In this document: positions 1-13,750 of the stretch, piece by piece | How positions within the stretch are numbered: position 1 is the first letter of the stretch | Layout of the letters: every line of letters starts with the position of its first letter | Assembly: GCF_018977255.1 (NCBI RefSeq) | Contig: NW_024704743.1 | Span: 105,402,001 to 105,466,000, forward strand | Direction: 5' to 3' | Source of the DNA: Callorhinchus milii | Lineage: Eukaryota | DNA: 64,000 nt | Notes under the pieces: model-generated | Database searches by the model: none | What the model was told of the DNA's origin: nothing | The model's input: the letters and a program-made list of their open reading frames with translations, nothing else | Made by a program: the position numbers and the translations under genes

Positions 1-1188
1 CTTCAAGGCCCTGTCCTTGAGTGGTTTAGGTCATACCTCTCCCACCGTCTTCACTTTGTTTCCACGAATGGCTTTTCCTCCAGCCCCCGCACTGTCTCGT
101 GCGGTGTCCCTCAGGGCTCTGTCCTCGGTCCCCTCCTCTTCACCCTCTATATGCTCCCCCTTGGTGACATCATCCGCAGACATGGGGTTAACTTCCACAT
201 GTATGCGGATGACACCCAACTCTACCTTTCCTCCTCTACCCTCAACTCCACGACCACCGATGTCCTGACAGCCTGCCTGTCCGACATCGAGTCCTGGACG
301 AGAGACAACTTTCTTCAGCTCAACGTGTGTAAAACTGAGGCCCTCCTGATTGGCTCACGTCAGCGCCTCCGCACCTCAGGCGCTGACAGCATCAGCATCC
401 AAGGCTGCACTCTCCATCTCTCAAAGCCAGTCAGGAACCTCGGCGTTCTGTTTGACCCTGAGCTGTCCTTTCTCCCTCATATCCGCACCACAACTGGCAC
501 CGCCTTCCATCACCTCCGGAATATCGCCAGACTACGGCACTACCTCACCCCTCACGCTGCTGAAACTCTGGTCCACGCCTTTTTTCACCTCAAGGCTGGA
601 CTATGGGAACTCTCTCCTCGCCGGCCTTCCCGGCACCTCCCTCCACAAGCTGCAGGTCATTCAGAACTCTGCAGCTCGTGTACTGTCCCGCACCAGGCTT
701 CGGGACCACATCACTCCCACCCTCGCTCGCCTCCACTGGCTCCCCATCCCCCAGAGGATCGAATTCAAGATCCTCATCCTCACCTGCAAGGCCATTCACG
801 GCCTTGCTCCCTCCTACCTCTCCGACCTACTATCCCCCTACCTACCTGCCCGTACCCTCCGTTCCTCTGGCTCCGGTCTGCTCCACATCCCCCTCCCCAA
901 CCGCCCTACCATCAGTGGCCGGGCCTTCAGCCTCTCAGCCCCGAGGCTCTGGAACTCTATCCCCCAGTGCCTTCGCCTTGCCACCTCCCTTTCCTCCTTC
1001 AAGGCCGGTCTCAAGACCTTTCTCTTTGACCGTGCCTTCAGCTCCCCTCTCGACTCTCTACTCCCTCCTCTGCTCCCTCCTCACCCTGACCATTTCCCCC
1101 CTGCTCGGGTCCTGACCCAACTGTACAGTGTCTTGGGACGTCCTCCCGACGTGAAAGGCGCTCTATAAATGGAATCTTGTTGTTGTTG
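1..1188 (+). mobile_element. L2 (LINE-2) retrotransposon, 3' part (ORF2 RT to tail), young; continues off the window edge
   Basis: ORFs 151-1029 and 350-1168 give [20 protein letters not shown] and [23 protein letters not shown]. One frameshift near 580. 3' stem-loop GGGACGTCCTCCCGACGTGAAAGGCGC and (TTG)n tail. Confidence 0.95.
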
Positions 1189-1209
1189 ATGTGTCGTTTG
1201 ATGCATTTG

Positions 1210-1443
1210 TGTTGTTCAGAAGATCTGATTAATTAAATGAATGAATCGCCTTTTAAACTTGTGCACTGAACATTAAATATTGACGGCTACGTCTGATGAA
1301 TGTACCAATGCAATCTGTCTTTGTCAGTTTAATGAGGTGGACTTCTGTGCCATGTTGCTTTCAGAAAGCAATTGGGTTAGCTCTAGATCGATTGAGCTGC
1401 ATTTTCTATCTCACAGAAAATGGTGGATATGCCCCTGTTATTG
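1210..1443 (+). pseudogene. S1 remnant, Asp/PIC segment
   Basis: VVQKI; AATGAATCGCCTTTTAAACTT resembles NDIALLKL with three 1-nt deletions; SDECTNAICL; ends at G|GTAAAT donor. Confidence 0.35.
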
Positions 1444-1987
1444 GTAAATTTAATGAATCTTGGTAGAGAGAGAATATAATGGGATTTCCCATTATACATG
1501 CTCTCGATGGTATATTTACCAGAACTGAGAGAATAATCACCCAATCAATCAAGTTTTTGGGTGCTCAATCAGTCTTGAATTTCCAGCAGCACTGTGCACT
1601 TGCTAGTCTTGTGGGGAAAGCATTCTCTGAGTGTATCTCAAACCTGTCATTGATGACAAGTTTTGAGGACACCTTGTAACTGTGTTTTGCAAGGAGTTCC
1701 ATAAAATGAAATATGTTTAGAAATACTGAGGTTTGGAGCCAGTGATTTTTTTAAAACTTCCCTTGGTGAAAAAAAAACTTTTATAACCACAGTCAGCATG
1801 AAATAATCTCCTCTACCCACTTGGAAAATAGAGTGAGAGGTTATGGTATAAAGGGGTCTGTCACACCAGAATATCTAACCCAGCCCTTCACTCCTCACAC
1901 TTCATCTGTTTAGCTTTTCATTTGGAACTTTCAAAGAGACTTTGAAAATCTATAAATACAATCTATAAAACAAATGTGTTTCTTCAG

Positions 1988-2165
1988 ATAAAGTCATGTA
2001 TTATTTTACTGATGTACAAAAGGAGACTCTTAAAGAGATCATCAAAAATGGACCACCCGGTGGGACATTGTGGTGCATACTGCCAGGTGTGGCATCATGG
2101 TTCTGCATAGCTCAAGAGAAGAGATCGAGGGTATTGATTGGAAGATACAAGGGCCTCAGTCCTAA
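1988..2165 (+). pseudogene. S1 remnant, Ser/C-terminal segment
   Basis: After TTTCTTCAG acceptor, open frame DKVMYY..KNGPPGGTLWCILPGVASWFCIA (cf. GDSGGPLVC...W); IDW follows in a shifted frame. Confidence 0.55.
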
Positions 2166-3479
2166 CTGTTAATTCTTATTGGTATCTCCATGTCGTGGTG
2201 GACATCAACTTTTCCCTGAATACTGTCCTGAAGGACGGAGCAGAGAAGGGCCAAACGGAACTCTGGTCATGCTCATCTCTCTTGTCAGTCTCTGTGTCAG
2301 ACACAACAAAATACAACAAATTACATTTATACCATGCCTTTTCACATCAGGAGGGTAGTCCAAGGCACTGGCTCACCAAAAAAAAAGCTTCGAAGTAAAG
2401 CATTATTGTACCTGTGGGAATATTGTAAGCGATGAAATCATGCTGAGACATATTAGATAGTTAGTATGATCATTTTTATTAGTAGATTTAATACTGCATT
2501 CCTTAGATTCCTGCTGAGTGCCTTACTGATACGACAAGTTTATAATGAAAACTATTTCAAATATGGAGATTGCATTGATGCATCCCAGCAGGCCAGTCAT
2601 TCTGAAATCCTCTTCCCTGGAATGAAGACTTATATTTATTGCCTCAAATAAAATGTCCTGGGGCACTGAGTGTAACATTTATTTCTTCGGCAACATAAAG
2701 GCAAAGCAAATGTCAAACAGTTTTTAAAGTACGCATTCATTTCCTGCACAACACGGAATTGAAATGCAATTACAGCTTATGGATATGAAATGTTAACAAC
2801 ATATTTTAAACTCATTCCCTGCATTAATTTGTTTTTGTATTAACACTAAGACACCGTTCTCATCTCTGTATCTGAGCAGTGAAACATCTTCTATTCTTAG
2901 GTACAAGATCCTCAACTTGAGATTCAAAACCGCTCCATGGCATTACCCCACACTACCTTTGTAACCACTTGCAGCTTTACTGATCCAGCTGTTCCCTCTG
3001 TTCAGCAAACAACAACAACAAAATTACATTTTTATAGTGCCTTTCATGTTGGGAGGACGTCCCAAACACTGGCGTACCTCATGGCCCGGGCCTGATCCAT
3101 TCCACCATCAGCAAATGAACTTTCAGCCATTCTGCCCCTGCTTTCTGGAACACCATCCTGGAGTTGCTCCAACTTGTTCTCTCTCATTCACTATTAAAGA
3201 CTACCTTAAGACATATCTCTTTGCCTGCACTTTCAGTCATCTTTCTCACCTTCCGCCCTCTTAGGCCTCACCCCCACCCACCCACCCTCCCCGCCGCCCT
3301 CCCTACACCCACCAGTGAGCTGTGTGAAGCGCTTTGAGACATACTCCTGATGTAAAAGACCTTATAAAAATGTAAATTCTATTATTTTAGGAATGTTTTG
3401 TTGCATATGGGATGGCATAAAGTATAATAAAGGAAAGGGGAGAAAAGTTATCATTGGATGGCTCTTGTACACCTTCCAG

Positions 3480-3628
3480 CAGCTGTCTCCAGAGATAACA
3501 GATGCAAGACTAGAAATAAGCATCATGGCTGCATACTCTTTCAGTGTGGTCGAGCAATAGAATGAAGAACAAATTGAAAAATGCATGGATCATCACAGAT
3601 AAAACAACTGTGCATTTACCCTCCACAA
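3480..3628 (+). pseudogene. S1 remnant, activation/His segment
   Basis: Acceptor CCTTCCAG; ASWLHTL...LKNAWIITD (cf. PW.VSL...L...WIITAAHC). Confidence 0.4.
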
Positions 3629-4601
3629 GTACCTTCAGATAGTGTCATCATTACAGAATATCCTTGTTGATATTTTAATTGCATTTTGAGAACAAAATCT
3701 AGTTCTAGGAGGATTAAGTTTGAGCACATAAATAGGCTATATTTTAGTTCATCAGCATGACAGATTTCAACTAAAAATTATACCTCCATTAAATAAAGTA
3801 CTTAGAGAAATGTTAATTGTAATTTGTTGCAATGGAATGGTGGCACCGTCTGGATTACCATGGTGATGGGTCAGTAACTAAACACTTGTCTAATAATTTA
3901 TAGAGCAGTAATGGTGCTTCAAAGCATCAATTAAAAATAACAACTATGATACATCAAAAAAAGTGTTGCTCAGGGCGGAACAACAATAAATTGTAACCAA
4001 CGTTCACAACATCTGATTTAGAGGAACGTAAATTATTTGGTTTTATACACCTAATGCCATCTTTGCATGTAATTTTTATTAATTAACAATAATAATCCTC
4101 TTGTTTAATACAGTGTCATATTACATTGTTGTAATGTCTCAAAAGTACTTCACAGGATTTATTGGAAACTATAGAAACTGTAGAGATTGTGTACTTTGGT
4201 TTAGCGTCTCATCAGAACTATGTCACCTCTGATAATGCAATGGTCCCCCAGCATTGCACTGGTGTCTTTGGTTGCCCTCCCACCTCTCTGCCGACGTGAA
4301 AGGCTCTATAAATGTAATTTTGTTGTTGTTGTTGTCTCAGCCTAGGCTATCAGCTCAATTTACAACCATCTGACTCAGAAGTGAGTGCGCAAGATTATTG
4401 ATGATAAGGTGATGTTATGATGCCTTCAGAGAGAGAGACTAGGATGTAGGGGAATACAATAGCATAAGTCTGACAATGATATGGCAGTTCTTGTTCTCAG
4501 TGAATTTTAAGATTGATTTACAATAATAATAATATTCCTTGCATTTGATATAGCACATTTCTGTGAATGGATTTGACTACCTGGAATCTTTTTTATTGGC
4601 A

Positions 4602-4785
4602 GTACATGGATAACTTTCGTGCCAACATCCACAGCTTGAAGTTGAACTCAAAGGGATTTAACTTGCGGTGCTTATCAACAACAAACTTATAAACTACTGA
4701 ATTTCCAAGTTATCATATCGAATGTGCAGAGGAATGGGTGCATTCGCCAGTATGTCAGATTGTTCTAGGCGTTTGATATTTAGGC
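4602..4785 (+). pseudogene. S1 remnant, Asp segment
   Basis: QHPQLEVELKGI*LAVL...RMCRGMGAFASMSDC in one frame with stops. Confidence 0.4.
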
Positions 4786-4787
4786 TT

Positions 4788-5103
4788 GCAGTCCTGTAGC
4801 TTAGTGGTTAGAGCACTCGTCTCGCAAGCAAGAAGACCTGGGTTCGATTCCCAGACAGGACGAAATGTTGGGCAAGTTTCTTTACTCCAATGTATCTGTT
4901 TACTTAGCAGTAAGTAGGATCCTGGTTGTTTTGTTCACTCAATCCACGACTGTTTGTGGGATACTACTGCTGCCACATTGTTGGCTGCCACATTTCTTCC
5001 ACAAAATGTACAGTCAATTCACTTCACAATATATTCTGTGAGGGGCTTTGAGACGTCTCAAGATATAAGGTGCTATATCAAATGCAAGGATTATTATTAT
5101 TAT
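4788..5103 (+). mobile_element. tRNA-derived SINE with L2-type tail (longer, intermediate-age subfamily)
   Basis: A box TAGCTTAGTGG, B box GGTTCGATTCC, Deu-like CTGTTTGTGGGA segment, (ATT)n tail. Confidence 0.9.
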
Positions 5104-5704
5104 ATGTACATTTCTATGCATTGAAACATGGTTAGCCAATGGGCATCAGCCTAACCCATGTTTTAGATCCCAGTGGGTAGGTGTGCTAGGCATAGCTTAC
5201 AAAACAGATGGAATTTCTGCTACTTCTTCCACACGGCGGTGGTGGAAGCATAAAATTTAAGTGTAAAAGGTAACTCCTAGTTACATAGATGGACCTTTTT
5301 TTATGTCCTCTACCATGTGGAGTACAGATTATGACAGGGACAACCTTCAAAGTCACTGCTATTCATTAAATTGAAAGAGATAATCTCCAAGCCAGAAGGT
5401 ATGGCATCAGTTCCTGGATCTTACTATCTTTGTGGGTGGGAGCCCAAGCATACTTCCACGATGGCAATTTGTAGAACAACAAAGAGTGACAACAAACAAC
5501 AGATTGCTGCTGCCATTTATTTGAAAGCCACAACCACAATAAAAAAATAGCAATGCAATGAAAACAAGTCTGACTATCACTGACCAAAGGTTATTCCCAC
5601 CCCAACTCAGGTGCAAAGCCAGTGTTATTAAGCACCTAGGGATACCCACTTGACATAAAAGACACTATATAGAAGTAATATAATAATAATAATAATAGTA
5701 AATT

Positions 5705-6079
5705 TGTATTGTATTGTTTTGAAAACCCTTTACTCTCTGGCACCTCCCTACCTCTCCGACCTCCTCATTCCCCAATCCAAAACCCGGTGCCTCTGCTCGA
5801 CTGGCACCGGCCTCCTGCTCGTCCCTCACACCCTCCGCTCCACCATCAGAGGTTGCACTTTCAGCCACTACGCCCCAAAACTCTGGAACCCTCTCCCTAA
5901 ATCCCTCCGCCTTGCCGCCTCTTACCCTTTTTTCAAGTCCTGCCTCAAAACCTTCCTCTTTGATCCTGCTTACGGCCACCTCACCTCCCCCGGCTTGGAG
6001 TCAGGCTCCGCCACTGTTAAGTGCTCTGAGACACTACCCTGTGTGGAAGGCACTATATAAGTGCAAGTTGTTGTTGTTT
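5705..6079 (+). mobile_element. L2 3' fragment, older subfamily
   Basis: LAPPYLSDLL..FSHYAPKLWN..FKSCLKTFLF; (TTG)n tail. Confidence 0.9.
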
Positions 6080-6407
6080 ACGCAAACAAGCACATTCAGA
6101 ATAGCATGTAAAGTTGTCACTAGTCTTTAGACAGGAACATAATGAACTGAAATGGCTAGTAAAGGGCAAAGGCTCAACATTTCAGATTATCATAACTATG
6201 GATAGAAAGAACAGGGTGCATTGAAGTGCCATACCTATAATGAATGCCACATTTTCAAAGACAATTTAAGCCACCCCCAAATACAGATACTGTTCTTTGA
6301 GTTGAGAATAGGATTTAGAGTCTTTCCAGCAGAGATTAACATATTGGACGTTAAAATGTTTAGTGTAATCTTGGTAAAATACACATTGCTTTCTTTTCTT
6401 TTTTCAG

Positions 6408-6875
6408 GATAACTTAAGCCTTGCAATAATTGCAAAAGCCATTTTCAAAATAGTGCTATGTGAAGAGTTATTTTTCATCTATGGTTTTTTTCTGAGCTTT
6501 GTGAAGTCTACATCAAGCAAGGCTATTATTTTGGTACAGAATGTAATTTAATAGAATGGGTGCGTCAGTTTTTGAAAATGATTAGAGCCCTATGTGTGTA
6601 TTCACACAGAATTTCAATATACCTCACTCCTTTTGCTTTTAAAAGCAACATTTCAAAATTCTGGTGCAATTCCAATGAGGAAGACACAATAATTCTGAGA
6701 ATCAGAATTCGAAGTGGCATTTAGATTGTAGAAAATGCAATCTTACGTTCCAATCATTCACCACTGATTATGGAGATAGTTCTGCCAAATGAGTGCCCAT
6801 TATATTGCTGCTATCCTGCAGTTAGCTGCAAAAATATAAATTGGCTGCAAAAATATAAAATGGGGCAGATTAACT
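6408..6875 (+). pseudogene. S1 remnants, His segment (6408-6580) and Asp segment (6740-6875)
   Basis: Strong polypyrimidine acceptor at 6407; QGYYFGTECNLIEWV; then PIIH...SAHYIAAILQLAAKI (cf. IIH...HDIALLQL). Confidence 0.45.
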
Positions 6876-8308
6876 GTGAGGTGATAGTATTGATATATTC
6901 TAGTGAAAAGATCCAAGAATTGCTTTCTTAACACTGACAAAGGTTTTATTCTGAAATATCTTTCAATTTGCCTTTGAAATACCGTACTTTATTTTTGCGA
7001 TCATAGGCCTAAAATTCCACCTTGTCTTAGCCTGTCAAACCAATTTGTTAATCACATATAATTGGTAAGCAGGGTCTCATTGGAACTGAACTGGCTCCAA
7101 GTTGAATTTTTGGCAATGTCAGAAATAAATCTCAGTCGTCCGATTTTAAGCCAAGCAGGTTTGCGCTACTCCAGCATTGCTGATGACAGATCAGCCAGTC
7201 TGACTTTTTAAGAACTGCAGAAAACTCACTTCAAAGTCAATCAGGATTCGGCTAAATTCTGGACCCTCAGAAATGTTACACGAATTGAGCAAATCTGGAG
7301 CAACTCAACACTTGGATTTAGTATTACTGAATCCCATTAGAATTGGCTGCATAATAGCAAATCATATAACAAATATTGAAAAATGTGAAAAAAATTCAAA
7401 TACTTCAGTGTACTCCTCGAAGTTAGAAGGAGTCAGTTATTCAAAGTAACAACAAAGGTATTTGTGGCTATTGAAAAATAAGGTTAACAGCACTATTTCA
7501 TGGTTTATTGAAGACTTCACCTCAGTCTTTTTATACCTCCAACAAGCCGTTCTTTCAGCCTAGAACTAAAACATCAGTCAGTATGATAGAGCCTGATTTC
7601 ACAAGTAGAATCTTCAACAGCTTAAAATAAGCTAAGAAGTATTTTTAAGTGATTGTATAACCTGGCCTGATGTCGCTGAGAAATGTTCACTCAAAATAAA
7701 AGATGGGCACCCTTCACATTCAGAGAAATTCTCCTGATGTGAAAGATGTTATATTAATGTAAAAATATTGTAATTTGTATTACCCAGCACTAATGGGGAT
7801 GATTCTCCGATTCTGACTGTGCATTTGATTTCCCCACCAAGATTGGTAAATTTACTCTTGTACAGAGAATGGTTTGGACCCTCCCTCACCCCCATCCAAA
7901 CCTCCCCAACCTACCACCACCACAAGTGAATTAACTAGTAGATTCGAACTTTGTGCCCCCCCCCCCACCCCCGATTAATTATTGGGCACCAACCACTCAC
8001 CAGTTTAATGAAGTGGTTACCTAGTCGGTACAAATGTTGTCCCCATTTTCTCAGATTCTGGTTTATTATTTGTTATTATATTCACAATCTCCTGAAAAGT
8101 ATTAAAATCCATTAGGTTACTTTTTTGATTCACAAAAGTAATCTTAAAATTTCCATTGACTTTTTGTTACTAAGTTCAAACTCTTGAAATATGTTTTACA
8201 CAGTGCAAACTGTAGACTAACCATTTAAAATATAGAAGAGCTGTGAAAGCTGAACAGAACATTTGCAAGGAGTAGAGACTGTAATACTGAGGGATTTCTA
8301 CACAATTC

Positions 8309-8654
8309 TAATAATAATAATCCTTGCATTTGATATAGAGCCTTATTACGTCATTGAGACATCTCAAAATATTTCACAGAATATGCTGTAAAGTGAATTG
8401 ACTGTATATTTTGTGGGTTAAACATGGCAGCCAGTTGCCCACAAACAGTCGTGGATTGAATGACCAATTTTTTTTGGGGGGGAGGGATTATTACTCCTGG
8501 AAAGCGATCCGTCAATCAACTACCAACCCGGTTCCTACTTGCTGCTAGGTAAACAGAGGCATGTGGAGTAAGAAAACTTTCGCTCCACCCAGGAATTGAA
8601 CCTGGATCCTCTCACCTGCGAGGTGAGTGCTCTAACCACTACACTACAGGATTC
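8309..8654 (-). mobile_element. tRNA-derived SINE, longer subfamily
   Basis: Reverse complement has the tRNA head, Deu-like core and (ATT)n tail. Confidence 0.9.
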
Positions 8655-9199
8655 AAACTCTAACTATGCAAAAGAATAACATGATAATAGTGATATTGTA
8701 AATTTACATTCCTTGAAGGGCTTCTTCAAGGAATATTGATAAACATCTAGTGCATTTTGTTTTGTTTTATACCAATTAACGAAACCACTCTGAAAAACTC
8801 TGTGTTACAGTTCTGCTTCTAAAACAATGCTTTCCAATTATTGTAATGTGAAGCAACAGAACCTGAGATGTAAAGAACTTGGAACACAAAACAGAGTCGT
8901 CATTCACTTTCCCGTAATAATTCTCCAATTGCACGTCTTGGGCTGAAAAACATACACTTACATGAAGGCAGATGTCGAATGTTCAATACGCACGCCCATT
9001 ATTTTCAGAGCCAATGGACCTTCAGCTCAGGAGTTTTGCATTCATTTCTTAGATTTTTTTGTAATCTCCAGAGAAACTTTTCGATTCATAATTTATGAAT
9101 TTATCATTATTGTTCCTTTTTGATCACAATTATATCTATCCTACTTACATTTTCAGAGTTTTAAATAAGTCCAGTGCTTTGGCCTCTACTGCCTTGTAA

Positions 9200-9480
9200 T
9201 ACTGTGGACCTGCCTAGCTCAGGAATTGAAACTACAACAACAACAACAACTGAGACAGCCACAGGTTCACTGAATTCCTACATTCCATTGTGTGGTGTTG
9301 CACATCACCTTGGAATCAGCTCAGCTTCATGTAACCCCAAGAAACTTCTCCCCTCAACCCCTACCTCCCCCAGGGAGGATAGTCACTAGTTGCTCTTTTG
9401 ATATCTGAGAAGCATAGGTTTGAGCCCTCACTAGGTACCAGGAACTCCATGCGAGCTTCCTGGTGAGCAGCATAGCTCTG
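9200..9480 (-). repeat. Old unclassified interspersed repeat (family B), homologous to 13751-14135
   Basis: Shared blocks GCCACAG..GGTT..ACTGAATTCC.AC.TTCCAT and AAGCAT.GG.TTGAG; B-box-like GGGCTCAAACC on the - strand. Confidence 0.55.
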
Positions 9481-10224
9481 TATGAAATGCATAAGAGCTT
9501 TGTCTTCGCCCTCCTATTACAACCACAACCCAATGAGGTGATGGTTTCACCAGCTGGAGGCACAGATGCTGAATTGTTGCATTAATTAAAATCTCTGATT
9601 TACAAATAGCAGAGTGCGAGATTCGCTGTAAGATTTGTAAACTGATTTGCAAATCCTAAACTGACAAGGTCAAAAAATAATCAGCAAGCAAAATGGTTCA
9701 TAGTTTTAAAGTGTTGCAAAAGTATGGTAATTATTTTGTCATTTTTAGATGTTTTCATAGAGGATACTTATTTCCACTGATTGGTGCATTAGTAAGAGCA
9801 GGGCATAATGTTAAAATTATTACTAGAACAATCCTTGCATTTGATATAGCGCCTTATAATATTGTTGCAATGTCTCACAGAATATACTGTAAAGTGAATT
9901 GACTATATATTTTGTCGATGAAACATGGCAGCAAATTGCACACAGCAGTGTCCAACAAACAGTTGTGGATTGAGTAATTTATGGAGGCACAAAGTGGGAC
10001 ATACTTTGTTTTGCACACAAAAAGCTATTAGGATACACAAGGCATCTCCATGATTGGCAGTTGAAAATGCGTTAATTACAACATTCACAACAAAATTAGA
10101 CAAAATCCTGGAAAACTAGGGTTCAAAATGAAACGGGGTAAAGCAGGAAAATGGGATTAGGATTGGTAACTCCAGTGAGGGATCTTGCACAGAACAATGG
10201 CAAATGGGTTCTTAAGTGTTGAAA

Positions 10225-10730
10225 CTTTGATGATTAATGGCTTTGTTGCAGATAAAACATTTGTGAACAAATGGGAATTTGCAGTGCAGTATTCAGAATT
10301 GTGCTATTGGCATGTTAAAATCATTGAGATTCTTGGCTGCTTCATAACAACAATAGGGTGTGTCAAATGACCAGCATTTTAATAAACTAACAAGGATAGT
10401 ACAGAAAATCAGCCTTTGTCTTACCTAATACATTTTGACAGACATAATCTGATTCCTCTGGTGGAATGACAGGTTTGAGGTTTGAATTGTATATTCACAA
10501 TGGATCCAGAGCATCATTTTTCAAATCAGGTACATTTTTTTGTAAATAACAATAAAAAAGATGAACAAAATGAACAAGATATACATTGTGTCATCACATG
10601 AACAATAGATATTTTCAGATTTTTCTGAAACTGCCTGGAATGTCATCCCCTTACTTCTGAATTAGTTATGACAAGCTTGACACTTCCCTCACTGAACTTC
10701 TCAACTTCACAGACTCTTGGTGACCTTTAG
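10225..10730 (+). pseudogene. S1 remnants, activation/His segment (10225-10370) and Asp/PIC segment (10575-10730)
   Basis: INGFVAD..KWEFAVQYSELC..IIE/DSWLL; DI(A)LCHHMNNRYFQ/FSETAWNVIPLL. Confidence 0.4.
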
Positions 10731-10849
10731 CTCCATCAAAGTACCACCTGCCACTCCCAAAAGGAAAGAGATGTTATATCTATGTCCTAACTACGAACAA
10801 TTGCAATGTTCTCAAGTGAAGGAAAGGTTATATGTGTTATTTGTTTTAC

Positions 10850-11008
10850 TATCCTGTAGCTCAGTGGTTAGAGCACTCGCCTCACAAACGATAGACCTGG
10901 GTTCGATTCCTGGCAGGGCAAAACCTTGGGCAAGTTTCCTTACTCCACATGCCTGATAATAATCCCTCAAGAAAAAACCCAATAATAAATTGGTTATTTT
11001 CAATCCAC
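10850..11008 (+). mobile_element. tRNA-derived SINE, 5' half
   Basis: TCCTGTAGCTCAGTGGTTAGAGC...GGTTCGATTCC head, then family body. Confidence 0.85.
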
Positions 11009-11216
11009 AATGGTATTATTTGAAAAGAGAAGGCAGTTTCTCCCAGTGTCCTAGCTAACAGTCAGCCAAATAAAATTAGTCATTCACTCTAGGCTGTTTG
11101 TGAAACAAATTTCTGTGCACAAATTGGTTGCCACATTCACTCAACAACAAGAACAAGATTACATTTGTATAGCGCCTTTCACATTGGGAGGACTTCCCAA
11201 GGCGCTGGACAGTTTG

Positions 11217-11894
11217 CAAAACATTTGCTGCAAACATACAGTCCCTGAAATGAAAGCTCAACAACAAAAGAATCTGGGGCAATTACTTCATCTTTAACTT
11301 TGTGAGAGACACTGAATTTATTAAAGCAGTTATTAATCTATTTTATCGCATTCTTACAGCAATTGCCCATAAAATACACAGTCATTCAACTTTACAATAT
11401 ATCATGTGAAGCGCTTTGAGAATTCATCCAGACGTGAAAGGTGTTACACCAAATACAGAGATTAAAAAATGCAAGGATAAAAAAACTCCATTCTCAGACT
11501 TGCTCCCTGCCTCTCCTCATTTAACACCCACCTTGAGATGTACTTCTTTGACCGCACTTTCAGTCATCTTTCCCCTCCCCACCTCCTTCAACTCCTAACC
11601 CCAGTTTGGGTGTCCAACTAACAGTGCCATGTGTTTGAAGTATTAAAGAGTGCTTTATAAATGTAAATTGTATCGTATTATATAAAACACACATTCTCTT
11701 TGGAAGTAATGGAGATGGGAAAGGGTTAGCCTAACGTTATTTTATTTTACTATTTTGGGGACAAAACATTTGCTGCAAACATACAGTCCCTGAAATGAAA
11801 GCTCAACAACAAAAGAATCTGGGGCAATTACTTCATCTTTAACTTTGTGAGAGACACTGAATTTATTAAAGCAGTTATTAATCTATTTTATCGC
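11217..11894. repeat. Perfect 133-bp direct repeat (11217-11349 and 11762-11894)
   Basis: CAAAACATTTGCTGC...TATTTTATCGC is identical in both places. Confidence 0.95.
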
Positions 11895-12339
11895 CCCACC
11901 CCACCCCCACTCTCCTTACATCACTACATTGATACAGTGTCCATGGAGGAGCTCGAGAAATAGCTATTTGATTGAGAAATATGGAGAAAAGTCAGGGAAA
12001 TGGATTTTAGGAGTGTTTCACAAATAATTACTATCAGGATTAGTGACTATTTTAAAGCAAATGTTGCAGACATTAGCGGCAACAGGTTCTGTAATAGGCA
12101 GAGGATGAAAGACAAGTTGACCTGGAAGGTCAGCCTATATTACAGGCTCAAGTCGTGATCTGGGGCTTTGAACCTATGATTTTCTGATCCAGAGGCAAAT
12201 GTCCTACCAACTGGGCCCAAAGGAAGGATAATTGATGCAAAAGCAGCTTTGACATTATTGTAAAATTACAACAGAAAAGACCTTGATTACCTGAAAGGGA
12301 AAAAATCAAAACTAAAATCCAATTGAAAGGGAGAAATAT

Positions 12340-13255
12340 TCTGCTCCCCAAGATGACACACATATTATTGTGCACTGAACTTCTTCTACACATGTATCCT
12401 GACAATGGTCCAAAACTTTTAAGAGGGCTTTACAGTTCAAAGAGCATAAAGGACAAAAACTGATTGTAAAAGGTTATTTGTACTGTTTGTAATGAAAAAT
12501 AGAGAGATGAATAATAAATGAAATTAAATAGGACAGCAGTGAGAGGTAGTGCAGTATAGAATATTATTATTTTGGCAGTTTGAGATGCTTGAAGGGCGCT
12601 ATGTAAATGTAATTTGTTGCATTAATTATTTTTGCTCATTTAAATAAAAAAGATTTCTCCAGACATAGGGATGGAATAAAGCTCGTATCTGGATGCAGGC
12701 AGTTCCTGTAATATTTGTTATCTGTGTGTAAATAGAGAGAATAATGTGTATTATAATTTACCAAATATATTCTACAATAGAATCAGCTTAAAATAATTAC
12801 TGTAGATTTGATCCTTCTTCATATACCATCTTCTATTGTTTATCACTGTGATCATGGGAATCACACAGTCTAGGCAGACATTTGTTTTCTGCCTTTGGCA
12901 AATTATGATTGAGTTATTATTATTAATAATAATCATTGAATTTGATGTAGCACTTTTCATGTCAGGGAGATGCTTCAAAAACACTTCACAGCATTTCTTG
13001 TGAAAAATAGTTTACAATGACTGACTGCTTTGTTCACAAAAATTACACTGGTATTTCGTGCATTGAGATTTGTTTGCTGGCAAGAGGAACATGTCACTTG
13101 AGAGCTCATATAATTATGATAGGTTTTTCAACAGATATGTTCATACTTATATGGGTTTTCGAGGTGAACCCTAAATCATATTATAATAGCAGAGATATTG
13201 TTTTCACAAAAATCAGCCACCTCAGGGAAATGAAATTAAAACTCGAAGCTGCCAA
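12340..13255 (+). pseudogene. S1 remnants, MLCA-like segment (12340-12415) and C-terminal segment plus linker (13020-13255)
   Basis: LLPKMTHILLCT...PDNGP; HWYFV; GFSTDMFILIWV, then an open linker ending at AA|GTGAG. Confidence 0.35.
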
Positions 13256-13750
13256 GTGAGACTCGGAAAATTTAACTTGTATTCTTCAGAGGAAAGCTAT
13301 TGATACAGAACAAAATACAAGCCTTGAAATGTTGCATGAAAGGATGAATAATGCATATATGAGCAGGAATACGTAGGTGAGCAATTCACCAAACAACAAT
13401 TGAGTAATTGAAAGATAAGAGTACAACATCAAGGCACTTCAAGAAATTTAGACATAATTTTCCCATTGGAAGAATAGATTAAAAAATCATAGAAAAATAA
13501 TAGCATGAAAGATGATATCTCCTGTCTGTGCTGGTGTTAGCTCCCTGAATGTTGAAGCTATCTCGTTCTTTCCCTATAATGTTTAATATCATTATTTCTC
13601 AATTATTCAATAATTATTTCCCTTTTAAATGTGGTTTTGGACCGAGTTTCAACAGACATTTGTGGTAAATATCCATCATTCTAACACCATTATGTGTAAT
13701 AATTCCCATTGAAAGCTATTTATATAATGTTAAATCATTTAAACTGTTCT

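Noticed and set aside
17..1168. Overlapping Pro/Ser-rich ORFs in several frames (also near 15.1-16.9 kb and 29.9-30.6 kb)
   Set aside because: Alternative and antisense frames of C-rich L2 sequence.
4710..4760. RING-H2-like YHIECAEEW
   Set aside because: The other zinc ligands are absent, and it overlaps an S1 remnant in another frame.
7003..7266. Possible MITE with GGCCTAAAATT / AATTCTGGACC ends
   Set aside because: The inverted match is short and imperfect with no TSD.
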